The notes: generated by a model from the sequence alone, not told the origin. Shown: positions 8,401 to 17,278, counted from the stretch's first letter. The stretch: DNA of 37,927 bases from Candidatus Tenderia sp. (GCA_043779675.1 JAYWDX010000188.1:1-37927); one strand, 5' to 3'. Translations and numbers: made by a program.

Positions 8401-9063
8401 ATGCGAATCTTGTTGGTTGAAGACGACCCTACGTTGGGGAGGGGCATCCGCTCTGGGCTTGAACGTACCGGTTTTACAGTGGATTGGATAATGGATGGTG
8501 GCGGTGCTTTACAGGCGCTCCTCTCCGAGTCATTTGATTTGATGGTATTGGACATAGGACTACCAAAACTGGATGGTTTGAGTCTGCTGAAAACCTTACG
8601 GGATGAGGGCAATAAATTGCCGGTACTCATTCTTTCGGCGCGAGATACCGTACTGGATCGGATCGTGGGGTTAGATCATGGCGCTGATGATTACCTGATC
8701 AAACCTTTTGATGTTGATGAGCTTTACGCCCGGATTCGAGCATTGTTACGGCGCAAAGCTGATAGGGCCTCACCTCTTGTCAAATATGGTGAACTTATTC
8801 TCGATCCGGCTACCCGTGTGGTCACCTTTGAAGGTGAGACCGTAGTACTTCCCACTAAAGAGTTTGTTCTGCTCCATTTTTTGCTCGATAACACCGGTCG
8901 GCTTCTGTCGCGGGAGAAGATTGAAGAGAGGCTTTACGGCTGGCGTTTAACAGTTGAAAGCAATACAACGGAAGTTCATGTCCACCACTTGCGTAAAAAA
9001 TTTGGTAAGGGACTTATTGTTACGGTACGTGGTGCTGGCTACATGGTTCCTAAAATGCCGTAA
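8401..9063 (+). CDS. OmpR/PhoB-family response regulator (receiver plus winged-helix DNA-binding domain)
   Basis: The 220-aa ORF has the EDD acidic pocket (VEDDP), phospho-acceptor context LMVLDIGLP, LIKPF lysine and a C-terminal TVRGAGYMV wing. It resembles QseB/BasR-type regulators more than PhoB. Confidence 0.9.
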   Translation: MRILLVEDDPTLGRGIRSGLERTGFTVDWIMDGGGALQALLSESFDLMVLDIGLPKLDGLSLLKTLRDEGNKLPVLILSARDTVLDRIVGLDHGADDYLIKPFDVDELYARIRALLRRKADRASPLVKYGELILDPATRVVTFEGETVVLPTKEFVLLHFLLDNTGRLLSREKIEERLYGWRLTVESNTTEVHVHHLRKKFGKGLIVTVRGAGYMVPKMP

Positions 9064-9093
9064 GCGATTTTTGTAAAAACGGACGATCGATGT

Positions 9094-9867
9094 ATGAATG
9101 AATCCGCCCCTGAAAAGCTGGATCTCTGGCAGATGTATCACGAACTATCTCAGCAACAGGCGCTAGATTCGGTTGTGTTGGAGCAGACGAGACAAGCCAT
9201 TGCCACTGTCACGCACGACCTTAAAACGCCGCTGACAGCGGTAAAATTATATGCCGACATTCTGCTCAGTCAGGTGAGGGAGACCGATGCAGAGACACGC
9301 TCCAAATACCTGGCCGTCATCAGTTCAGAGGCGGACCGCATGAGTCGCATGATCGCCAACATTGTCGACTATCAAAACATTATCAGTGACATGGTGGAGT
9401 GGCACGATGAGGCGACCGATATCGTCAGTATAATCGCCGTGTGTGTTAAACCAGTGCAGCGATGGTGCGCAGCCAAGGGAATCGGCTTCAACTGCACGAT
9501 CAATGTCGATAGTCTGGTGATACTCATTGATGCCGATAGGCTTTCGCGACTGCTCTCGGTGTTGTTAATGAATGCCTTGCGTTTTACGGATAGCGGCCGC
9601 ATTAAACTGGAATTGAAAAGCGATGGTACGCGGCTCACTCTGGCTGTGAGTGATAGCGGTCCGGGTATCTCTGATGAACGTTTGCAGCAATTGTTTCAAC
9701 CATGTGTGGGTTTGGTGGCTTTAGGTAAAGTGGTTGGCTTGGCTTTTGCTTTTTCTGTTGTCGACCATTACCAGGGGCGTATTTGGGCGGAGAATGCTGT
9801 GGGCAATGGTGCCGTTTTTTATATCGAATTGCCGCTGTTGCATGAAACTGTTGGGGTGCAGCGATAA
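9094..9867 (+). CDS. Soluble histidine-kinase core without TM, sensor or HAMP, with an atypical ATP lid
   Basis: H-box THDLKTPLTAV lies only about 40 aa from the start. N-box LLMNALRF and G1 DSGPGI are present. Hand-aligned to the neighbouring kinase, the G2 region reads GKVVGLAF instead of GGSGLGL and the lid is about 6 aa shorter. Confidence 0.8.
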   Translation: MNESAPEKLDLWQMYHELSQQQALDSVVLEQTRQAIATVTHDLKTPLTAVKLYADILLSQVRETDAETRSKYLAVISSEADRMSRMIANIVDYQNIISDMVEWHDEATDIVSIIAVCVKPVQRWCAAKGIGFNCTINVDSLVILIDADRLSRLLSVLLMNALRFTDSGRIKLELKSDGTRLTLAVSDSGPGISDERLQQLFQPCVGLVALGKVVGLAFAFSVVDHYQGRIWAENAVGNGAVFYIELPLLHETVGVQR

Positions 9868-9891
9868 TGATCGAACAATTGAAATGTTGAT

Positions 9892-10743
9892 GTGGTGATG
9901 ATGTTGCGGATTCTTTTTCGCCTGAGTTTGTTGTTGATTGGTTTTGGGGGCACTGCTCCCATCCACGCAGCATCGATACAAAGCAATGAAATTCGCTTCG
10001 GTTCTGTGGCCATGGACACACCTGCCGTGATGCATCATCGCCTGATGCCGTTGACAAAGTATCTTACCCGCGAGCTTGGTCGGCCGGTGGTATTGAATTT
10101 GTCAGTGGATATGAAAGAGGCAATCAACGCTGTGGTCAGGGGTGATGTTGATTTGGCCTATCTTACCCCGGTGGCCTACCTGAAAGCGCATGCGCTTGGC
10201 AACAGCCAGCTGGTGGTCAAAACAGTGACTCAGGGTAAAGGCTCATTTCAACTGATGATTGTGGTGCGTGAAGATAGTTCTATCCAGAATATTGATCAAT
10301 TGACAGGGAAGTCATTTGCATTTGGTGATCCTGCCGCACTGTTGCAGAGAGCAACGGTTGTTGGCGCTGGCATACCGTTGGAAAAGCTGGGTAAACAGGT
10401 GTCTATCGGTCACTACGATAATATTTCTCGTGCGGTTGCACGTGGTTTTTATGATGCTGGCATTCTTAAGGACACCACGGCGCTTAAATGGCAGGGCCAG
10501 GGGCTGCGTATTCTTCATGTCTCACCGCAGTTGCCTCCTTACAATATTACGGCCAGCGCCAAGGTCGATAGGCTGCTACTTGAAAAGATGCGCAAGGCCT
10601 TCATGAAACTGGATATCTACAATCCCGAGCACAGCGCTGTTATTAAGGCGCTGGATAGTGAATACGATGGTTTTGCTGCTACCAATGATGCCGAATACAA
10701 TATTGTCAGAGAGCTAATTGCACCCTTCGAAAAGGGTGATTGA
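9892..10743 (+). CDS. PhnD-family (phosphate/phosphonate-type) periplasmic substrate-binding protein, no cognate ABC genes nearby
   Basis: The 283-aa ORF has a signal peptide (...GGTAPIHAAS). PhnD-like fold signatures include IRFGSV..., GDVDLAYLTPVAYL and GKSFAFGDP. Alternative starts are at 9895, 9898 and 9901. Confidence 0.85.
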   Translation: MVMMLRILFRLSLLLIGFGGTAPIHAASIQSNEIRFGSVAMDTPAVMHHRLMPLTKYLTRELGRPVVLNLSVDMKEAINAVVRGDVDLAYLTPVAYLKAHALGNSQLVVKTVTQGKGSFQLMIVVREDSSIQNIDQLTGKSFAFGDPAALLQRATVVGAGIPLEKLGKQVSIGHYDNISRAVARGFYDAGILKDTTALKWQGQGLRILHVSPQLPPYNITASAKVDRLLLEKMRKAFMKLDIYNPEHSAVIKALDSEYDGFAATNDAEYNIVRELIAPFEKGD

Positions 10744-10774
10744 TGTTGCTCAAGAGTGTGTCTGACAGGGTGGT

Positions 10775-12721
10775 GTGGAGATGACTTCGCAACCGCTGTT
10801 TAAACGGTTATTGCCGCGGCGACTTGATCGCCAAGTTATGCTTCTTGTCACGCTGTTGTTATGTTTGGTGATCCCCTTTTTTGCCTCCCTCGAGGCTGGA
10901 AAGAGCGCTAAACGAGTAGTGGATTCCGCTACGCGTCAGGCTAGGGCCTTGGCTGAAAATATTGCTGTCACTAGTATTGCTCATATCATCACCCTTGATT
11001 TTTCCTCATCAGACCAGTTGTTGCTGCGCACAGCACGTTTTCCGGGTGTTGTGGAAATTCAGGTGATCGATCTTGAGGGAAGGATAATTACCGATGTTAT
11101 AAACAAGCCTGACAGCGAGCCGCAATTACGTTATGAGTTAATCCGTTTGCAACCACCGGCTAAGCCAATATTGCGGCAAACAGAAAAGGTGGGGCTACTG
11201 ACAATTTGGCAGCCGGTTATTGGTGCTAGCCTGGTTGGCTGGGTGAGGTTGACATACAGCTTGGCCGAAGCAGAGAGTATCGCTCAACAGTATTTTTACG
11301 ACTACATGCTAGATGGCGCCATCATGGCCTTAATGTTGATGGTGCTGATCCTGCTGGTTATGCGCCGCCCTCTACGTATGTTGCGTGAGGCGGCTATCTT
11401 TGCCGCAGATCTGAAAAATAAAAGTGGTATGCATATCCCAGTCGATAGCAGTGCGATCGAGATCGAACAGCTCGACCGGGCACTGAATGAAGCTGCCACC
11501 AATCTGTTCGAGCAGGAGACCACTATCAAGAGGGCATTGAAGGCGCTTAATACTCAAAAATTGGCCCTGGATGAGCACTCCATTGTTAGTATCACCGATG
11601 TTGATGGCAACATTACCTACGCTAATCAGAAATTTATTGCTGCCACGGGTTTTAGCAGTGAAGAGCTGCTAGGAAAGAAACATAATATCGTTAAATCTGA
11701 TTTTCATAGCGAAGCGTTTTTTGGTGAGATGTGGAGCACAATCGCAACAGGAAATATTTGGCACGGTGAGATACTAAACCGTTCCAAAGATGGTCGTGCG
11801 CTGTGGGTGAGTACCACTATTGTGCCCTTCATGGATGAGTTGGGAAAACCTTATGAGTATGTTGCTATCAGAACCGATATCACCGAACAGAAGCAGATAG
11901 AACAAGAGCTGGAAGAGAAGGCGTATATACTCAAGCAGATGTCAGACAATCTGGAGGAGCTGGTCAAACAGCGTACCTCGGAGTTGGAGGCGGCCAATAG
12001 GCAACTACAACACCTTAACAAGATAAAATCGGATTTTGTCTCGGTGGTATCACATGAGTTACGTACCCCGCTCACCTCTATAAAGTCGTTTACCGAGATA
12101 CTAAAAGATGACATCGAAGTCCTCGATATCAATACCCAGAGACGTTTTCTCTCTATCATCAACGATGAGAGCGATAGGCTTGGACGTCTGATCAATGACC
12201 TGCTCGACCTACAGAAAATGGATGCGGGCAAGACAGTGTGGAAGGATGAGCAGATCAATCTGGTGGATGTGTTAAAAAAATCGGTGGAGTTTTTCAGCCC
12301 GGCCTATCGTGAGAAAGGATTGCAGCTGCATTTAAACCTGGATCGGGATGAGTGCCTGCTTGATCTGGATGCGGACCGCATCAGGCAGCTCCTTACCAAC
12401 CTTCTCTCCAATGCGCTGAAGTTTACCGAACATGGTGGCGTTACCATGACCATGATGACCACCCTGGCCGAGATCACCGTTGCTGTCACCGACAGCGGAC
12501 TTGGCATCCCAGCAGATGAGATCGATAAGGTGTTCGAGAGCTTTCATCAGGTCGACAGCTCAGAGACACGTAAGACGGGTGGCAGTGGTTTGGGGCTGAC
12601 GATCTGTAAGGAGATAGTGGAACACTATGGTGGATCCATTGGTGTGGTGAGCACGCTGGGTGAGGGGAGCTGTTTCAGTTTTGTGTTGCCGCTGACCAAA
12701 CATTGGGAGCGCTTAAATTGA
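10775..12721 (+). CDS. Membrane sensor histidine kinase (periplasmic domain, TM, HAMP-like, PAS, HisKA, HATPase)
   Basis: The 648-aa ORF has two TM segments bracketing a periplasmic domain of about 140 aa. The PAS region reads SIVSITDVDGNITYANQKF...WHGEILNRSKDG. H-box SHELRTPL, N-box LLSNALKFT, G1 DSGLGI and G2 GGSGLGL are present. Start is GTG 10775 or ATG 10781. Confidence 0.9.
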   Translation: MEMTSQPLFKRLLPRRLDRQVMLLVTLLLCLVIPFFASLEAGKSAKRVVDSATRQARALAENIAVTSIAHIITLDFSSSDQLLLRTARFPGVVEIQVIDLEGRIITDVINKPDSEPQLRYELIRLQPPAKPILRQTEKVGLLTIWQPVIGASLVGWVRLTYSLAEAESIAQQYFYDYMLDGAIMALMLMVLILLVMRRPLRMLREAAIFAADLKNKSGMHIPVDSSAIEIEQLDRALNEAATNLFEQETTIKRALKALNTQKLALDEHSIVSITDVDGNITYANQKFIAATGFSSEELLGKKHNIVKSDFHSEAFFGEMWSTIATGNIWHGEILNRSKDGRALWVSTTIVPFMDELGKPYEYVAIRTDITEQKQIEQELEEKAYILKQMSDNLEELVKQRTSELEAANRQLQHLNKIKSDFVSVVSHELRTPLTSIKSFTEILKDDIEVLDINTQRRFLSIINDESDRLGRLINDLLDLQKMDAGKTVWKDEQINLVDVLKKSVEFFSPAYREKGLQLHLNLDRDECLLDLDADRIRQLLTNLLSNALKFTEHGGVTMTMMTTLAEITVAVTDSGLGIPADEIDKVFESFHQVDSSETRKTGGSGLGLTICKEIVEHYGGSIGVVSTLGEGSCFSFVLPLTKHWERLN

Positions 12722-13014
12722 GTGGCAGCAGCAAGCCGATCGTATTGATTTGTGAAGACGAATCGCATATTCGGGCGTCGATCTGTTATGTCGTGAAAAA
12801 AGCTGGCTATAACTGCGAACAGGCCAGTGATGGTGAGGTGTGCGTGCGGCTACGTTCAGAGCCTGCCTTTGCTGAGATTAAAATCATTATCCTCACTGCG
12901 TACGGCCAGGCAGTGGATGAACTGAAGACCAGAGAAGTTAGTGCCAATTGCTTCATAGTCAAACCGTTTAGTCCGCGATTTTTTATGGATACATTGGCTG
13001 AGCTGTTATCTTGA
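12703..13014 (+). CDS. Receiver-domain remnant lacking the phospho-acceptor Asp segment (pseudo-receiver or decayed gene)
   Basis: IVLICEDESHIR...DGEV|CVRLRSEPAFAEIKIIILTAYG...FIVKPFSP keeps beta1/acidic pocket, Thr (LTA) and Lys (KPF). The roughly 25-aa alpha2-beta3 stretch with the DxxMP aspartate is missing in frame. The likely start is TTG 12718, overlapping the kinase stop (TTGA). Confidence 0.6.
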   Translation: MGALKLSGSSKPIVLICEDESHIRASICYVVKKAGYNCEQASDGEVCVRLRSEPAFAEIKIIILTAYGQAVDELKTREVSANCFIVKPFSPRFFMDTLAELLS

Positions 13015-13026
13015 TGAAAGATTGAT

Positions 13027-13422
13027 ATGGAAAAAATGCTGAAGATATTGATAGCAGAGGATGATGTCAACATTGCCTTGGCCTTAACTGTTCTTTTACG
13101 CAGGGCGATCAGCGGCACCGTCATCATCACGGTGAATGATGGCAAAGAGGCGATGCAGCATCTGTATGATGGTGATTATGCGCTAGTGATTTCTGACTGG
13201 AATATGCCTTGTATCACGGGGCTGGAGCTGCTTTCCTTTGTCCGAGCCAATCATCACACTCGGTTGTTACCATTTTTGATGCTGACGGCACGCATGGATG
13301 TGGCTGGTTTCAGTGAGCTTGCCAATGCCGATATTACCGGCTACATCGGCAAGCCTTTTGATAACGATGAATTTATTAGAAAGGTAAAGGAGCTGCTGAG
13401 TGTTGATCCGGGCACGCCCTGA
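13027..13422 (+). CDS. CheY-like single-domain response regulator
   Basis: The 131-aa ORF has the full catalytic set: AEDD, LVISDWNMP, LTA and GKPF. Confidence 0.85.
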   Translation: MEKMLKILIAEDDVNIALALTVLLRRAISGTVIITVNDGKEAMQHLYDGDYALVISDWNMPCITGLELLSFVRANHHTRLLPFLMLTARMDVAGFSELANADITGYIGKPFDNDEFIRKVKELLSVDPGTP

Positions 13423-13483
13423 TTAATAGATAAAAAAGTTTGTAGATGAAAAAATGTGGCATCCAGCATCTTATTTAAGAGGG

Positions 13484-14761
13484 CTACTGCTTTGCTTGCA
13501 CCAATGCCAACGACAGCGCGGGCCAGTAAGTAATTATCAAAAGTGAGATGAGTAAAATGAAGAAGAAGGGCAACGTAGCGACATAGAGTTGCGCTACCGG
13601 TTTTTTGAAGCGGTAGCTGGCGATAAAGAGGTTCATGCCCACGGGTGGTGTGAAGTAGCCGATCTGCATGTTGGCGAGAAAGATGATGCCAAGGTGGATA
13701 GGGTGGATGTTGTAGCCGAGCGCCACCGGTAGCAGGATCGGCGTCATGATGACGATGGCAGAAAAGATGTCGAGCATGGTGCCGAGGATCAGCAAAAATA
13801 CGTTTAGTGCCAGCAGGAAGGTGAGTGGATCCTTGATGTGTTCACGTATGGTGTCGAAGATTTTGGTTGGCACCTGGGCATCGATCAGGTAGTTGGTAGA
13901 CGCCAGGGATAACCCTAGGATCACCAGGATCGCCCCGACCAGCACCATCGATTCGCGCATCACCCCAGGCAGTGCCTTGAGACTGATCTCGCGCAGGATC
14001 ACCACTTCCACAATCAATACGTAAATGGCCGTCACGGCCGCCGCTTCTGAGACGGCAAAATAACCACTGTAGATTCCGCCCAACACGATGAAGGGCAACG
14101 GCAGCTCCCATTTTGACTCGATCGCGGCGCTACGTAGCTCCGCCCATGAAAAGGGGGTGGTGGGGAGGTGTCGGCCCTGCCAGAAACTCCAGCTACTGAG
14201 CATGAAGATCATTAACATTCCGGGGAGTATGCCAGCCAAAAATAGATCGTCGATGCTGAAAGGTTCACCAATCCCCATCTGTTGCGAGACGATGCCATAG
14301 AGGATCAGCGGCAGTGACGGGGCGAAGAGCACGCCGAGGCTGCCAGCGCTGGTGATCAGGCCGAGATTGAATTTATCGCGATAACCAGCCTCTTTGAGTG
14401 CTGGATAGAGCAGCGCCCCGAGCGCCACAATCGTTACGCCGGATGCGCCCGTAAAGGCGGTGAAGAGGGCGCAGGCGCTGATGGCAACAATGGCCAAACC
14501 GCCTGGCATCCAGCCGAGCAATGACTGGGTGAGGCGCACCAGACGATGTGGCGCTTTACTCTCGCTCAGCAGATAACCGGCGAAGGTGAAGAGCGGGATG
14601 GCCAGCAGGATCGGCATTTCAGCCAGACGGTAAAATTCGATCGCCACCACTGAAAGGTCGATGTCGGCACTGTAAAAACCAGCCAATGCGGAGGCGGCGA
14701 TAACGATAAACAGTGGCGTGCCGATCAGCGCCAGCAGGATCAGAACCAGGGCGATGATCAC
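13484..14761 (-). CDS. dctM: TRAP transporter large permease (DctM family)
   Basis: The 425-aa polytopic membrane protein has a typical DctM sequence. Its GTG start overlaps the dctQ stop (GTGA). Confidence 0.9.
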   Translation of the reverse strand: MIIALVLILLALIGTPLFIVIAASALAGFYSADIDLSVVAIEFYRLAEMPILLAIPLFTFAGYLLSESKAPHRLVRLTQSLLGWMPGGLAIVAISACALFTAFTGASGVTIVALGALLYPALKEAGYRDKFNLGLITSAGSLGVLFAPSLPLILYGIVSQQMGIGEPFSIDDLFLAGILPGMLMIFMLSSWSFWQGRHLPTTPFSWAELRSAAIESKWELPLPFIVLGGIYSGYFAVSEAAAVTAIYVLIVEVVILREISLKALPGVMRESMVLVGAILVILGLSLASTNYLIDAQVPTKIFDTIREHIKDPLTFLLALNVFLLILGTMLDIFSAIVIMTPILLPVALGYNIHPIHLGIIFLANMQIGYFTPPVGMNLFIASYRFKKPVAQLYVATLPFFFILLISLLIITYWPALSLALVQAKQ

Positions 14762-15252
14762 TCGGCGCCCTGCTGTTGCGCAGCGAATAGCTCGGTGAAA
14801 GTGTTTGCCAGAAACCGCAGTGCCATCAAACCAAAGCCGATGGGGATGATGACTTCACAGAGCCAGGCGGGTACGGTGGCAAAGGCGATGGCGCCGTCTG
14901 CCCGCTCCATAATGACAAAGCGTGCGGCGTGATAACAGACGATGGCGCAGATGGTGGCGCTGACAAAATTGGTGAGCGGGGTGAGAAAACGTGCCGCTGA
15001 GGCGGGCAGTAATTTCGAGAGCAGGTCGATCTTGATGTGGTTGCCGTCACGGGTCGCCGCCATGGCCCCCAGCAGGCCTAGCCATAAAACCAATACTCTG
15101 AGCAGGGGGTCACTCCAGTCAATTCCGGCACCCCAGAGGTTGCGCATGACTATCTGAGTAGTGGCGAGGATGATCATCAACCCCAGCATCAATGCCAGCA
15201 GACTCTCCTCAATATAGATGATGAGCTGGCCCAGCTTGCTGATCATGCGCAT
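14758..15252 (-). CDS. dctQ: TRAP transporter small permease (DctQ family)
   Basis: The 164-aa, 4-TM protein lies between the P and M subunits. Its start overlaps the dctP stop (TAATG). Confidence 0.85.
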   Translation of the reverse strand: MRMISKLGQLIIYIEESLLALMLGLMIILATTQIVMRNLWGAGIDWSDPLLRVLVLWLGLLGAMAATRDGNHIKIDLLSKLLPASAARFLTPLTNFVSATICAIVCYHAARFVIMERADGAIAFATVPAWLCEVIIPIGFGLMALRFLANTFTELFAAQQQGAE

Positions 15253-16265
15253 TAGCGGTGGCTATTACGATATTCGTTGAGCGTGCCTTGCAGTGTCTGA
15301 ACCATCTCTTTGCTAATGAGGTTTTTATCGACCATTGCCTTTGTGGCGTTGGCGACCGCGTTTTGCCATTGCTGCTGTTCGTCAGCGTTCGGTTCCACAA
15401 ATTGGATGCCTTGTTTCTTGAGTGCTTGCAGCGCTTGTTCGTTATCCTTGCGATTGATTTTATCAAGACGGGTAAAGGTGGTCTGCAGGATGGTGGTGAC
15501 CGTGCTCTGATCCTGAACGCTCAGCTCTTCAAAGGCTTTGCGTTGAATGATCAGGGTGCCAAAAAGGTAGGCGAGCGGTGTGGTGTTCAGATGTTTCATT
15601 TTAGCGTGCCACTGCAAGGCGATGGCCCCCATGGAGGAGGCGGCGACGGTATCGATCATGCCCGTCTGCAACCCAGTTAGCACGTCGGTGAGCGGTAGCG
15701 GGATCGGTGAGATGCCTATCGCAACAAAGGCGGCGCGGCTGAACTCGTCCCCTTCCGGTGACCAGACCTTGTACTGTTTCAGATCGTTAATCTTGTTCAG
15801 TGGTTTGGCAGACATCAGATAGGCAAAGCCGCCCTCGCCAAGGCCAAAGCTAATGTAGCCGTTATCATGCAGGCCGTTGATTATTTTTTTATCCATCCGT
15901 TGGCGCACATAGTCGACCTCGTCATAAGAACGGAAGGCGAGTGGCAGGTCATAGACCTGGGCATCGGGGTAGACCTCCGCCAGGCCACCACCAGTGATGG
16001 CGCCGCCTTGCAGTTGGCCGATTCGCATCTTGCGCAGTACACTTTTGTCGTTGCCCATTACCCCGCCGGGGTAGAACCGAAAGCTGACTCGTCCCTGGGT
16101 CTGCTTTTCAATATCTTTTGCAGCTGTCTTCAGCTCTTCCATCCAGTGGGTGCCATCGGGGGCCACGGTGGCGATCTTAAAGCTCTTGGCCTGGGCTGGT
16201 TGTAGTGCCAGTAGCAGCAGGCAGAGCGTGAGTGTGAGCAGCTTGTACATCGGATTACTCCTCAA
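15252..16265 (-). CDS. dctP: TRAP transporter substrate-binding protein (DctP family)
   Basis: Signal peptide ...LLALQPAQAKS followed by a DctP-type fold sequence. The likelier start is ATG 16250 (MYKLL...), 8 nt after a GAGGAG that lies in the tatT stop region. Confidence 0.9.
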   Translation of the reverse strand: MRSNPMYKLLTLTLCLLLLALQPAQAKSFKIATVAPDGTHWMEELKTAAKDIEKQTQGRVSFRFYPGGVMGNDKSVLRKMRIGQLQGGAITGGGLAEVYPDAQVYDLPLAFRSYDEVDYVRQRMDKKIINGLHDNGYISFGLGEGGFAYLMSAKPLNKINDLKQYKVWSPEGDEFSRAAFVAIGISPIPLPLTDVLTGLQTGMIDTVAASSMGAIALQWHAKMKHLNTTPLAYLFGTLIIQRKAFEELSVQDQSTVTTILQTTFTRLDKINRKDNEQALQALKKQGIQFVEPNADEQQQWQNAVANATKAMVDKNLISKEMVQTLQGTLNEYRNSHR

Positions 16266-17103
16266 AATATTCGGCGGACGTGGCCAGCAGTTCAGTGGCG
16301 GCCTCTCTGGCCAGCGTGTTGCTGAGCATCAGTGTGCTGATGGCGGTCGGGGTAGTGAGCACTTCATTAAGCAGCTGGTCGTGAAGCGCTTTGTCGAAAA
16401 CTAGGCGGGCGTAGTTGCGCGCCAGATCAACTTTGGCGATTAGATCCTGGCCGTTCGAGAGGGCAATCGCTTTTTCGAAGTGGGCGCGCCCTTTCTCTGG
16501 TTGTCCCCCCAGCGTGGGTGGTAGTTGGCTATTAATGACGCCGAGATAGAGATGGGCACGGCCCCACTGGTAGTTCTCGTCGATGGCAACAATACGCATC
16601 ATGATGGCCTCAACCTTGGGCAGGTCAGCCACGGCATTCCAGTCATCCTTGTTTGCCTGTATCCAGGTGGCCCAGGCGCTGCCGTAGGTATACAGATAGG
16701 CGATGTCCTTGGTGTTTACTTTGGTGAGGCTGGCTTGAAACTCGCTGAGTGGTCCGCCATCGTGGTCACAGATGGTAGACAGACGTTCGCAAAGTGCCTT
16801 TCTGCTCTGTTGCCGCGCTTTGCTTGAAAGCCGTTTGGCCTGAAGTGGGTTTTGGGCAAAAAGTCCGGCGTAGGCGCTATGGAGTGAGGCGCTGGCCTGG
16901 AGCATGGCGGGATCGTTTGGACTCTGCAGCACCAGGCTGTCGAGCATGATCAAATAGGCAGGGACTCCCTGACGAACCGTTTCTGGATCATCTTGGGCCA
17001 GAATGGCAGTGCTGAGATTGTCGGCAAAACGTCCAGCAATCATGCTAGTGCAGCCGCCACTAGTGACGAGCAGGAGGGCCATAGTCCAGATGCGAATAGT
17101 CAT
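16255..17103 (-). CDS. TatT-like TPR lipoprotein (T component of a TPAT-type TRAP system)
   Basis: Lipobox LVTSGGC and an all-helical TPR-like sequence. It sits immediately upstream of, and abuts, dctP. The family was recognised from memory of Treponema TatT-type proteins. Confidence 0.65.
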   Translation of the reverse strand: MTIRIWTMALLLVTSGGCTSMIAGRFADNLSTAILAQDDPETVRQGVPAYLIMLDSLVLQSPNDPAMLQASASLHSAYAGLFAQNPLQAKRLSSKARQQSRKALCERLSTICDHDGGPLSEFQASLTKVNTKDIAYLYTYGSAWATWIQANKDDWNAVADLPKVEAIMMRIVAIDENYQWGRAHLYLGVINSQLPPTLGGQPEKGRAHFEKAIALSNGQDLIAKVDLARNYARLVFDKALHDQLLNEVLTTPTAISTLMLSNTLAREAATELLATSAEYFEE

Positions 17104-17278
17104 GTCAGAAAGAGGGATATAACGTTAGATTTAGTGAGCTCGGCATCATAACAGCTTAATTTTATGGCGTTATATATTTTTGGCCAGCAACGCCACGACT
17201 GCTCTGTCGAGCGCATTTTGTAACTGTAATTAAACTGTGCCAACATAGGGCGCTTTTTAACTATTCAGCGAGACTTTC

